Source: Malacoraja senta (lineage: Eukaryota). Taken from it: DNA of 64,000 bases. The notes below the pieces were generated by a model. It was given only the letters and a program-made list of their open reading frames with translations. It did not search any database and was not told the DNA's origin. This document shows, in pieces, positions 26,845 to 38,688 of this stretch. Each line of letters begins with the position of its first letter. Within the stretch, counting starts at the first letter, position 1. Both the position numbers and the translations under genes were made by a program. The DNA is taken from positions 4,528,001 through 4,592,000 of the forward strand of contig CM075999.1 in NCBI GenBank assembly GCA_038087875.1, read 5' to 3'.

Positions 26845-27766
26845 TCAATATAATTATGGAGAGGGTCAGAACTGGACCTAGGGTTGAGAATTTTGATTGG
26901 AGAAAGGCTAACTTTGAGGAGATGCGAAAGGATTTAAAAGGAGTGAATTGGGTCATGTTGTTTTATGGGAAGGATGTAGAAGAGAAATGGAGGACATTTA
27001 AGGGTGACATTTTAAGAGTACAGAATCTTTATGTCCCTTTTCGGTTGAAAGGAAATAGTAAAAATTGGAAAGAGCCATGGTTTTCAAGGGAAATTGGACA
27101 CTTGGTTCGGAAAAAGAGAGAGATCTACAATAATTATAGGCAGCATGGAGTAAATGAGGTGCTTGAGGAGTATAAAGAATGTAAAAAGAATATTAAGAAA
27201 GAAATTAGAAAAGCTAAAAGAAGATATGAGGTTGCTTTGGCAAGTAAGGTGAAAGTAAATCGAAAGGGTTTCTACAGCTATATTAATAGCAAAAGGATAA
27301 CAAGGAATAAAATCGGTCCATTAGAGAGTCAGAGTGGACAGCTATCTGCAGAGCCAAAAGAGATGGGGGAGATATTGAACAATTTCTTTTCTTCGGTATT
27401 CACCAAGGAGAAGGATATGGAATTATGTTAGGTAAGGGAAACAAGCAGAGTAGCAATGGAAACAATGAGATTCAAAGAAGAGGAGGTGCGGACACATTTG
27501 AAAAATATGAAAACGGATAAGTCTCCAGGTCCTGACAGGATATTCCCTAGGACATTGAGGGAAGTTAGTGTAGAAATAGCAGGGGCTATGACAGAAATAT
27601 TTCAAATGTCATTAGAAACGGGAATAGTGCCGGAGGATTGGCGTACTGCGCATGTTGTTCCGTTGTTTAAAAAGGGTTCTAAGAGTAAACCTAGCAATTA
27701 TAGAACTGTTAGTTTGACGTCAGTAGTGGGCAAATTAATGGAAAGGATACTTAAAGATAATATATA

Positions 27767-29384
27767 CAGTGGCTTGCAAAAGTATTCATACCCCTTGAAC
27801 TTTTCCACATTTTGTCACGTTACAACCACAAACGTAAATTATTTTATTGGGATTTTATGTGATAGACCAACACAAAGTGGCGCATAATTGTGAAGTGGAA
27901 GGAAAATGATACCTGGTTTTAAATTTTTTTTACAAATAAAAAACTGAAAAGTGTGGCGTGCAAAAGTATTCAGCCCCTTTACTCTGATACCCCTAAATAA
28001 AATCCAGTGCAACCAATTGCCTTCAGAAGTCACTTAATTAGTAAATAGAGTCCACTTGTGTGTAATGTAATCTCAGTATAAATACAGCTATTCTGTGAAG
28101 GCCTCAGAGGTTTGTTAGAGAACATTAGTGAACAAACAGCATCATGAAGCCCAAGGAACACACCAGACAGGTCAGGGATAAAGTTGTGCAGAAGTTTAAA
28201 GCAGGGTTAGGTTATAAAAAAATATCCCAAGCTTTGAACATCTCACGGAGCACTGTTCAATCCATCATCCGAAAATGGAAAGAGTATGGCACAACTGCAA
28301 ACCTACCAAGACATGGCCGTCCACCTAAACTGACAGGCCGGGCAAGGAGAGCATTGATCAGAGAAGCAGCCAAGAGGCCCATGGTAACTCTGGAGGAGCT
28401 GCAGAGATCCAAAGCTCAGGTGGGAGAATCTGTCCACAGGACAACTATTAGTCGTGCACTCCACAAATCGGGCCTTTATGGAAGAGTGGCAAGAAGAAAG
28501 CCATTGTTGAAAAAAAGCCATAAGAAGTCCCGTTTGCAGTTTGCCACAAGCCATGTGGGGGACACAGCAAACATCTGGAGGAAGGTGCTCTGGTCAGATG
28601 AGACCAAAATTGAAGTTTTTGGCCTAAATGCAAAACGCTATGTGTGGCGGAAAAACTAACACTGCACATCACCCTGATGAACACACCATCCCCACTGTGA
28701 AACATGGTGGTGGCAGCATCATGCTGTGGTGATGCTTTTCTTCAGCAGGGACAGGGAAGCTGGTCAGAGTTGATGGGAAGATGGATGGAGCCAAATACAG
28801 GGCAATCTTGGAAGAAAACCTGTTAGAGTCTGCAAAAGACTTGAGACTGGGGCGGAGGTTCACCTTCCAGCAGCACAACGACCCTAAACATACAGCCAGA
28901 GCTACAATGGAATGGTTTAGATCAAAGCATATTCATGTGTTAGAATGGCCCAGTCAAAGTCCAGACCTAAATCCAATTGAGAATCTCTGGCAAGACTTGA
29001 AAATTGCTGTTCACAGACGCTCTCCATCCAATCTGACTGAGCTTGAGCTATTTTGCAAAGAAGAATGGGCAAAAATTTCAGTCTCTAGATGTGCAAAGCT
29101 GGTAGAGACATACCCCAAAAGACTTGCAGCTGTAATTGCAGCGAAAGGTGGTTCTACAAAGTATTGACTCAGGGGGGCTGAATACTTTTGCACGCACACT
29201 TTTCAGTTTTTTATTTGTAAAAAAATTTGAAAACCATGTATCATTTTCCTTTCACTTCACAATTATGCACCACTTTGTGTTGGTCTATCACATAAAATCC
29301 CAATAAAATACATTTACGTTTGTGGATGTAACGTGACAAAATGTGGAAAAGTTCAAGGGGTATGAATACTTTTGCAAGCCACAG
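27767..29384 (+). mobile_element. Full-length Tc1/mariner (DD34E) transposon with ~210-bp IR/DR terminal repeats
   Basis: TA TSD; TIRs at 27767-27977 and ~29174-29384, each with two GCAAAAGTATTCA direct repeats; 1618 bp. Confidence 0.96.
28144..29167 (+). pseudogene. Tc1 transposase, inactivated
   Basis: Paired-like [20 protein letters not shown]. Lesions: +1 frameshift near 28655, TGA at 28730, and the second catalytic D changed to H (FQQHND, 34 residues before E). Confidence 0.93.
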
Positions 29385-30704
29385 TATAAGCATCTGGATA
29401 AGCAGGGTCTGATTAGGAACAGTCAACATGGATTTGTGCCTGGAAGGTCATGTTTGACTAATCTTCTTGAATTTTTCGAAGAGGTTACTAGGGAAATTGA
29501 TGAGGGTAAAGCAGTGGATGTTGTCTATATGGACTTCAGTAAGGCCTTTGACAAGGTTCCTCATGGAAGGTTGGTTAAGAAGATTCAATTGTTGGGTATT
29601 AATGGTGGAGTAACAAGATGGATTCAACAGTGGCTGAATGGGAGATGCCAGAGAGTAATGGTGGATGGCTGTTTGTCAGGTTGGAGGCCGGTGACTAGTG
29701 GGGTGCCTCAGGGGTCTGTGTTGGGTCCACTGTTGTTTGTCATGTACATCAATGATCTGGATGATGGTGTGGAAAATTGGATTAGTAAGTATGCAGATGA
29801 TACTAAGGTGGTGTTGTGGATAATGAAGTAGATTTTCAAAGTCTACAGAGAGATTTAGGCCATTTGGAAGAGTGGGCTGAAAGATGGCAGGTGGAGTTTA
29901 ATGCTGATAAATGTGAGGTGCTACATCTCGGCAGGACAAATCAAAATAGGACGTACATGGTAAATGGTAGTGAATTGAGGAATGCAGTTGAACAGAGGGA
30001 TCTAGGAATATCTGTGCATAGTTCCCTGAAGGTGGAATCTCATGTGGATAGGGTGGTAAAGAAAGCTTTTGGTGTGCTGGCCTTTATAAATCAGAGCATT
30101 GAGTATAGAAGTTGGGATGTAATGTTAAAATTGTACAAGGCATTGGTGAGGCCAATTCTGGAGTATGGAGCACAATTTTGGTCGCCTAATTATAGGAAGG
30201 ATGTCACCAAAATAGAGAGTGTACAGAGGAGATTTACTGGAATATTGCCTGGGTTTCAGCAACTAAGTTACAGAGAAAGGTTGAACAAGTTAGGTCTTTA
30301 TTCTTTGGAGCGCAGAAGGTTAAGAGGGACTTGATAGAGGTCTTTAAAATTATGAGCGGGTTAGACAGAGTGGACGTGGATAAGCTTTTCCCATTGAGAG
30401 TAGGGAAGATGCAAACAAGGGGGCATGACTTGAGAATTAAGGGACAGAAGTTTAGGGGTAACATTAGGGGGAACTTCTTTACTCAGAGAGTGGTAGCTGT
30501 GTGGAATGAGCTTCCAGTGGAAGTGGTGGAGGCAGGTTTGATTTTATCCTTTAAAAATAGATTGGATGGGTATGTGGATGGGAAAGGAATGGAGGGATAT
30601 GGTCTGAGTGCAGGTAGATGGGACTAGGGGGAAGTATTAAAAAAAAAAAGTTCAGCACCGACTTGAAGGGCCGAGATGACCTGTTTCCGTGCTGTTATGG
30701 TTAT

Positions 30705-32979
30705 AAACTTGGAGATGTTGCATTCAATTCCCTCGTCCAAATCATTAATATATATTGTAAATAGCTGGGGTCCCAGCACTGAGCCTTGCGGTACCCCACT
30801 AGTCACCACCTGCCATTCTGAAAAGGACCCGTTTACTCCTACTCTTTGCTTCCTGTCTGCCAGCCAGTTCTCTATCCACATCAATACTGAACCCCGAATA
30901 CCGTGTGCTTTAAGTTTGTATATTAATCTCTTATGTGGGACCTTGTCGAAAGCCTTCTGAAAGTCCAGATATAACACATCCACTGGTTCTCCCTTATCCA
31001 CTTTACTAGTTACAACCTCGAAAAATTTTATAAGGTTCGTCAGACATGATTTACCTTTCATAAATCCATGCTGACTTTGTCCAATGATTTCACCATTTTC
31101 CAAATGTGCTCCTATCCCATCTTTAATAACTGACTCTAACAGTTTCCCCACTACCGATGTTAGACTAACTGGTCTGTAATTCCCCGTTTTCTCTCTCCCT
31201 CCCTTTTTAAAAAGTGGGGTTACATTAGCTACCCTCCAATCCTCAGGAACTACTCCAGAACCTAAAGAGTTTTGAAAAATTATCACTAATGCATCCACTA
31301 TTTCTGGGGCTACTTCCTGAAGTACTCTGGGATGCAGCCTATCTGGCCCTGGGGATTTATCGGCCTTTAATCCATTCAATTTACCTAACACCACTTCCCG
31401 GCTAACCTGGATTTCACTCAGTTCCTCCATCTCATTTGACCCCCGGTCCCGTGCTATTTCCGGCAGATTAATTAAGTCTTCCTTAGTGAAGACAGAACCA
31501 AAGTAGTTATTCAATTGGTCTGCCATGTCCTTGTTCCCCATGATCAATTCACCTGTTTCTGACTGCAAGGGACCTACATTTGTTTTAACTAATCTTTTTC
31601 TCTTCACATATCTATAAAAACCTTTGCAGTCAGTTTTTATGTTCCCTGCCAGTTTTCTTTCATAATCTATTTCCCTTTCCTAATTAAACCCTTTGTCCTC
31701 CTCTGCTGGACTCTGAATTTCTCCCAGTCCTCTGGTAGGCTGCTTTTTCTGGCTAATTTATATGCTTCCTCTTTTGTTTTGATACTATCCCTGATTTCCC
31801 TTGTTATCCACGGATGCACTACCTTCCCTGATTTATTCTTTTGCCAAACTGGGATGAATAATTGTTGTAGTTCATCCATGCAGCCTTTAAATGCCTTCCA
31901 TTGCATATCCACCGTCAACCCTTTAAGAATCAATTGCCAGTCTATCTTGGCCAATTCACGTCTCATACCCTCAAATTTACCTTTCTTTAAGTTCAGAACC
32001 CTTGTTTCTGAATTAATTATGTCACTCTCCATCCTAATGAAGAACTCAACCATATTATGGTCACTCTTGCCCAAGGGGCCACGCACAACAAGACTGCTAA
32101 CTAACCCTTCCTCATTACTCAATACCCAGTCTAGAATAGCCTGCTCTCTCATTGGTTCCTCTACATGTTGATTTAGAAAACTATCCCGCATTCATTCCAA
32201 GAAATCCTCTTCCTCAGCACCCCTGCCAATTTGATTCACCCAATCTATATGTAGATTGAAGTCACCCATTATAACTGTTTTACCTTTGTTGCACGCATTT
32301 CTAATTTCCTGTTTGATGCCATCCCCAACTCCACTACTACTGTTAGGTGGCCTGTACACAACTCCCACTAGCGTTTTCTGCCCCATAGCGTTTCGCAGCT
32401 CTACCCATATCGATTACACATCCTCCAAGCTAATGTCCTTCCTTTCTATTGCGTTAATCTCCTCTCTAACCAGCAACGCTACCCCACCTCCTTTTCCTTT
32501 CTGTCTATCCCTCCTGAATATTGAATATCGCTGGATGTTCAGCTCCCAGCCTTGGTCACCCTGGAGCCATGTCTCCGTGATCCCAACTATATCATAGTCA
32601 TTAATAGCTATCTGCACATTCAACTCATCCACCTTATTATGAATGCTCCTTGCATTGAGGCACAAAGCCTTCAGGCTTGTTTTTACAACACTCTTACCGC
32701 TTATATAATTATGTTGAAAAATGGCCCTTTTTGATTTTTGCCCTGGATTTGTCTGCCTACCACTTTTACTTTTCACCTTGCTACCTATTGCTTCTACCCT
32801 CATTTTACACCCCTCTGTCTCTCTGCTCACACATTTAAGAAACCCACCACCTCTTATTCTGTTTATTATCTTTTTCTTCTTTCCTCCCTACATGTTGGGT
32901 CTGAGTGCTTCCCTTCTCTGCCTCCTGCCTCACACATTGTCTACTAGCTTTCTCTATTTGAGTCCCTCCCCCCAACCGT
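30705..32979 (-). mobile_element. CR1 LINE (family B body with a family A 5' linker), 5' part of the split element
   Basis: LCLNARS, GITETW, VYRPP, MGDFN, SDH (APE); RT up to ISKF; near-identical to 50990-52950. Confidence 0.93.
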
Positions 32980-33086
32980 CACAGAGTGCATGGCGTTGTC
33001 GCTTCCAGGGATCATCATGAGGAGGCTTCTGTCATGATCCCCACAGGTCATAGTGATGTGAGTACATTTTAAAGGAGCATATTTAC

Positions 33087-33186
33087 CTTCTCAAAATCAG
33101 GAGGTGGATTTTTCCCTCTACATAAGTTGGACAGCGCCCAAACAGCATTTCTAGTCATTGTCAGTCTATTAGATTTTGTCAATAAT
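33087..33186 (-). CDS. KPNA6: Importin alpha-7 coding exon (ARM repeat)
   Basis: (Q)[33 protein letters not shown]; ttgtag/gtaaat; 100 nt, phase 2/0. Confidence 0.95.
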
Positions 33187-33640
33187 CTACAAGAGAAAAC
33201 AAATGACACACACAGAATTTTTAGCTATTAATATCAGGATCCTGAACAGCATTGATGTACAAGGGATCTAGGGGTCCAAACCCATAGCTCCCTGAAAGTA
33301 GCAATACAAGTAGATAGATTGGTAAAGAAGGCACATGCTATGCTTGCTTTCATCGGCCGTGAAGGTAGTTATGATGCAGCTTTATTAAACTTTGGTTCAG
33401 TTACATTTAGAGTAATATGTGTAGTTCGGGTCATCCCATGAATCACGTGGAATATGGAGGCTTTGGAAAGGGTGCATAAGAGGTGGAGGGCAAGTTTTTG
33501 TAGGGGTGGAACCAGATACGATTGTGATGTTTAAGAGGCTTTTAGTTAGGAATATGAATAAGCAAGGTATGTGAGGTTAGAGATCATGTGCAGGTAGACG
33601 CGATTAGTTTAAGCTGGCATCATGTTCGGCGCAGACATTA

Positions 33641-34687
33641 GGTAGGTATGTTACAAAACTTACCTTCAGTCGCGCTGTAATTCTGCCACTGGCCGTGTGC
33701 GCGATTTTGGCGCCTTTAAGGGGGGGGCGGGGTTAAAACGCGGTTTCTCCTCCCTTGTCCTGGAAATAGTTTGTTGGAGTACAAAACTTCGCTGACAAAA
33801 TCGTTCCTACCCGCGTTTTGTGATTTTTTTTTTTTTATTGAATCGTCAATGTCAGCGCTACAGTCATTTTAAAAGCAGCTCCTGAAGCGTCAACGCCAAT
33901 AACGGGGACGGATTTCACACAATGGACAGGTAAACGAAAGTGCTTTCTTTAAATGTATAAAAGTGCTTCTTAAGAAGCCTTTAATTCACATTTTTTTCAT
34001 GCGACACGGTGATTTTATTCCCCGAATTAACGGCAGTATTTTTCATGCCAATACGGGGTTAAATTCACCGCAAATGAACGTTCCAAAAGATCGCGTTCCA
34101 GAAATTCTCACTCACAAGATGAATTAAATCCCCATTAATTTACAGGTATTAAACATTCAATTCCTTCCATTTGGCCTGTAAATTCATGAAAATTAGATTT
34201 AAAAATTATGTTATATTGTGAATTATTGTGTGAATGTTATTTGGACACTTAGGCTATTTAAAAATGTTAATCTATTCTTAAGAAATTGATAGATGTTTAG
34301 ATCTAGTAATTGAATTTTGTAATTAGCTACAATTAGGTAACTAACTAATTATATGCTTTACTTTCATGTCTTCGAAGTAAGATTGTTTCATATTTGTTTC
34401 AGAATGCTTCAATCTATAATTCCTGAAAATTTCTTTCAGTTACCATAATTTTTAAGAAAGTTATGGGCTTTTAACTGTCCTCGATCACAGCTTTTGTGTT
34501 AAGTCAATGGAAAAGCAATAGGGAACTAGATGCTAATTTCTGAGTATGATAATGGCCATAACTTTTTTAATACTGAAGATATGAAAGTGAATTAAGTGTC
34601 AAATTAAACTTCTTTTTATGCTTTATCTGATGGGATAAATTGCAGACTTTATTTTTTTAAATCTCAAAATTTTGTAACATTGCTACA
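33641..34687. mobile_element. ~1.05 kb non-autonomous DNA transposon inserted in a CR1 3' end
   Basis: TIR GTAGGTATGTTACAAAA / TTTTGTAACATTGCTAC (15/17 match). The flanks duplicate TTA (PIF/Harbinger-like) or ATTAG, so the superfamily is ambiguous. Confidence 0.65.
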
Positions 34688-34944
34688 TTAGGGCCAAAGG
34701 GTCTGTTCTACATTCTATAGTATTGTAATTATCAGATTACTGTAAGAAAACAGCATGTTGTAAACAGGAACATATCCTCAAGTTTAAAGACGAAAATTAC
34801 ATTTCACATGGACCAGAAAAGTTACTTCATAAAAATGTTGGGCCGAAGGCCTGTTTCCGTGCTGGATGAGTCCATGATAACCCCCCACACAGCTTTGTGT
34901 TCTAATATTTTAATAGATGCCCCTTTCCACAAGTGTTATTGCAT

Positions 34945-35905
34945 CTGGACGAGGGAATTGAAAAGCAACATCTCCAAGTTTGCGGATGACACTAAGCTGG
35001 GGGGCAGTGTTAGCTGTGAGGAGGATGCTAGGAGACTGCAAGGTGACTTGGATAGGCTGGGGGAGTGGGCAAATGTTTGGCAGATGCAGTATAATGTGGA
35101 TAAATGTGAGGTTATCCACTTTGGTGGCAAAAACGGGAAGGCAGACTATTATCTAAATGGTGGCCGATTAGGAAATGGGGAGGTGCAGCGAGACCTGGGT
35201 GTCATGGTACACCAGTCATTGAAAGTAGGCATGCAGGTGCAGCAGGCAGTGAAGAAAGCGAATGGTATGTTGGCCTTCATAGCAAGAGGATTTGAGTATA
35301 GGAGCAGGGAGGTTCTACTGCAGTTGTACAGGATCTTGGTGAGACCACACCTGGAGTATTGCGTACAGTTTTGGTCTCCAAATCTGAGGAAGGACATTAT
35401 AGCCATAGAGGGAGTGCAGAGAAGGTTCACCAGACTGATTCCTGGGATGTCAGGACTTTCATATGAAGAAAGACTGGATAGACTTGGCTTATACTCGCTA
35501 GAATTTAGGAGATTGAGAGGGGATCTTATAGAAACGTACAAAATTCTTATGGGGTTGGACAGGCTAGATGCAGGAAGATTGTTCCCGATGTTGGGGAAGT
35601 CCAGGACAAGGGGTCACAGCTTAAGGATAAGGGGGAAATCCTTTAAGACCGAGATGAGGAAAAACTTTTTCACACAGAGAGTGGTGAATCTCTGGAACTC
35701 TCTGCCACAGAGGGTAGTTGACGCCAGTTCATTAGATATATTTAAGAGGGAGTTAGATGTGGCCCTTGTGGCTAAAGGGATCAGGGGGTATGGAGAGAAG
35801 GCAGGTACGGGATACTGAGTTGGATGATCAGCCATGATCATATTGAATGGCGGTGCAGGCTCGAAGGGCCGAATGGCCTACTCCTGCACCTATTTTCTAT
35901 GTATC
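34945..35905 (+). mobile_element. 5'-truncated CR1 LINE (family B) with an open RT C-terminus
   Basis: ISKFADDTKLGG...RGYGEKAGTGY* uninterrupted, followed by the CR1 tail. Confidence 0.93.
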
Positions 35906-36059
35906 TCAATCCCTGATCCAAGAAGAAATGTCAGTCCAATTACATTATTTTATGCAATTTGACTAAATACAAACTCAAACTTTCAACCATAAATTTTGCA
36001 GTGAAATTCATTGGCCTAAAGAGACATTGTGAAAAGTTGTGCCAAATGCAAATACTTAC

Positions 36060-36148
36060 TGTAACAAAGGTGGAAGGATCCCACAATGAAGTACAAAGTC
36101 CCTGCACACTGCACTGTCACCTGCAATGTTTCCCAAGGCCCAAACTGC
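36060..36148 (-). CDS. KPNA6: Importin alpha-7 coding exon (ARM repeat)
   Basis: [29 protein letters not shown](Q); tcctag/gtaagt; 89 nt, phase 0/2. Confidence 0.95.
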
Positions 36149-36611
36149 CTAGGAAATAAATTAAAACTTTAAAGAACAAGATAAACATTTTATTAAAAGA
36201 CAGCCATGTTCTAGAAAGATGCAGAAAACAATGGTATAACTGTCTTCTTCTGTACTAAAAGGAATACAAAGAATGGAAGGGAATACAGCAAACAATTCAC
36301 TTTTCCAATACCACTTTATGAATTCGAAAAGCCTATCAAGAGTGTCCCGGACATTTTCTAGAATACCAAAAATTCTGTTACGTGGAAAGATGAGCGGACC
36401 CAGAATTAAAAACAAAAAACTTTGATTAGCCAGAATCTGTCCAAAGAGAAATAGAGTTAATGTTTCAGGGAAAGTGAGAATACTAGTGGACAGTGGGTGG
36501 AAAAGGGATAGGACAAAGGGAATATCTCTGATAGATTGAGGCCAGAGTCACTGAAGTGATCCAGGTTGTCTGGTTGATAGAAACATAGAAAATAGGTGCA
36601 GGAGTAGACCA

Positions 36612-37270
36612 CAAATGATATGTTGGCGTTCATGGCAGGGGGATTTGAGTGTAGGAGCAGGGAGGTTCTACTCCAGTTGTACAGGGTCTTGGTGAGACAC
36701 CTGGAGTATTGCGTGCAGTTTTGGTTTCCTAATCTGAGGAGGGACATTCTTGCCATGGAGGGAGTGCAGAGAAGGTTCACCGGACTGATTCCTGGGATGG
36801 CGGGACTTTCATAGGCGGGACTTTCATATGAAGAGAGACTGGATAGACTCGGCTTGTACTCGCTAGAATTTGGAGGATTGAGGGGGGATCTTATGGAAGC
36901 TTGCGGAATTCTTGGGGGGTTGGACAGGCTGGATGCAGGAGGATTGTTCCCGATGTTGGGGAAGTCCAGAACAGGGGTCACAGTTTAAGGATGGGTGGGA
37001 AGTCTTTTGGGACCGAGATGAGAAGATCATTGTTTACACAGAGAGTGGTGAATCTGTGGAAATCTCTGCCACAGCAAGTAGTTGAGGCCAGTTCATTGGC
37101 TATATTTAAGAGGGAGTTAGATGTGGCCCTTGTGGCTAAAGGGATCAGGGGGTATGGAGAGAAGGCAGGTACAGGATACTGAGTTGGATGATCAGCCATG
37201 ATCATATTGAATGGCGGTGCAGGCTCGAAGGGCCGAATGGCCTACTCCTGCACCTATTTTCTATGTTTCT
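36612..37270 (+). mobile_element. 5'-truncated CR1 (family B) with clustered A>G hypermutation
   Basis: Aligns with the 9138-9790, 25919-26560 and 35260-35905 copies, with about 30 A>G differences in 36625-37025. Confidence 0.9.
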
Positions 37271-37542
37271 ATTCGGCCCTTCGAGCCTGCACCGCCATTC
37301 AATATGATCATGGCTGATCATCCAACTCAGTATCCTGTACCTGCCTTCTCTCCATACCCCCTGATCCCTTTAGCCACAAGGGCCACATCTAACTCCCTCT
37401 TAAATATAGCCAATGAACTGGCCTCAACTACTTGCTGTGGCAGAGATTTCCACAGATTCACCACTCTGTGTGATTTTCTTTTCTCATCTCGGTCCTAAAA
37501 CACTTCACCCTTATCCTTAAACTGTGACCCCTTGTTCTGGAC
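37271..37542 (-). mobile_element. CR1 3' fragment; its extreme tail is displaced to 36577-36611
   Basis: ATAGAAACATAGAAAATAGGTGCAGGAGTAG(acc) at 36577 joins ATTCGGCCC at 37271 to rebuild a CR1 3' end. Confidence 0.85.
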
Positions 37543-37568
37543 ATATTGTTCTAACATATTGTAATATA

Positions 37569-38688
37569 CAGAGCTGCCGAGTTTTGTCAGAGAATTTCAG
37601 TATTCTAGTACCTGAAAATCAGTATTTTGCTGAGGAAATCAGTATTTTTACGCTGTGCCATTTTGCTGAAAAAAAAGTTATTTTTTATGTGCAGTCATAC
37701 CCATGTTAGAGTACAAGAATGCATAACTTTGCTACCAATTGACATGTCTTCTATGCACCTTACTTGACAGTGCACTCATTGCCATCTCTTTGTATACTGC
37801 TGTTTGACGGCTACTTTTAGCACCAGATGATGATGTAGAAGCCATTTTGGAAGCCTCTCTCACCCTCCCTTGTTCCCTCTCCCCCACCCTCTCCCTCTCC
37901 CCCCCTCCATCCATTTCTCCATCCCTCGCCCTCCCTCCCTCTCTCTACCTCTCTCTCCCCTCCCCCCTCCCCCTTTCTCTCCTCCCTCCCCTTTCCCTCC
38001 CACCCACCCTCCCTCCTTCCTTTTTTTCTCCCTCCCTCTTATTCCCTTCCTCCCTCTCTCCCTCCCTCTCTCATTCTCCCTCTCCCTCCCTCCTTCTCCC
38101 TTCCCTCTCCATCCTCTCCCTATCTCCACCCCTCCCTTTCTCCTTCTCTCCACCGCTCCCTCTCTCCCCCTTGAGCCCACCCATCGTTCTGTAAAATCAA
38201 GGCCAATCCCAATGTAACTGCAATCCCACTGGTAACCTTTCACCACTAGACTTATCCAGAATTCTACCACTGCCTGAAAAATAATCAAAGGCTCAACTAC
38301 CACTGAGAAAGAGAATTCCAAAGACTCATTGTTATACGAGAATTTTCCTGAACAGTCTGTGACCCATAGCGCTGTGGCCAGAGCGCTATGTGTAAAGCCC
38401 ATAGCGCTCCAGCTGGTAGCGCTATTTTTAGAACCCATAGCGCTGTAGCCGACAGCTCTTCGTTTAAATTCCAACGCGTTAAACTGACAGCGCTCTGTTT
38501 AAACCTGGAGCGGGACAGGCAGCGACTCTGGAGAGAAGGAATGGGTGATGTTTCGGGTCGAGACCCTTCTTCAGACTGAACTGAACTCCGTATTTAAAAT
38601 CTGTATTTAACAACACAAAACCGTACATCCGTATTCTAATCGTATTTCCGTACAAAATGCGGAAAATCCGTACTACTTGGCAGCTCGG
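37569..38688. mobile_element. TIR element (hAT-like MITE), copy 2, with an internal C/T-rich tract
   Basis: CAGAGCTGCCGAGT...ACTTGGCAGCTCGG; collinear with 17005-17681. Confidence 0.7.

Larger units (their letters stand above)
26845..30704 (+). mobile_element. 5'-truncated CR1 LINE (family A) nested in the family B copy
   Basis: Very similar to 58846-61115; YADD motif; tail GCTGTTATGGTTAT; flanked by an AAACTT duplication (26839-26844 and 30705-30710). Confidence 0.93.

Noticed and set aside
34808..35818. 336-aa ORF as a domesticated RT
   Set aside because: A 5'-truncated CR1 lacking the N-terminal RT motifs; the ATG comes from flanking sequence.
36625..37025. APOBEC G>A editing or CpG decay in the comparison copies as the cause of the A/G differences
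   Set aside because: At most sites the three independent copies share A and keep conserved residues, and most sites are not CpG-related.
37847..38474. Pro/Ser/Leu-rich and Gly/Arg/Glu-rich ORFs
   Set aside because: Translation of a polypyrimidine low-complexity tract.
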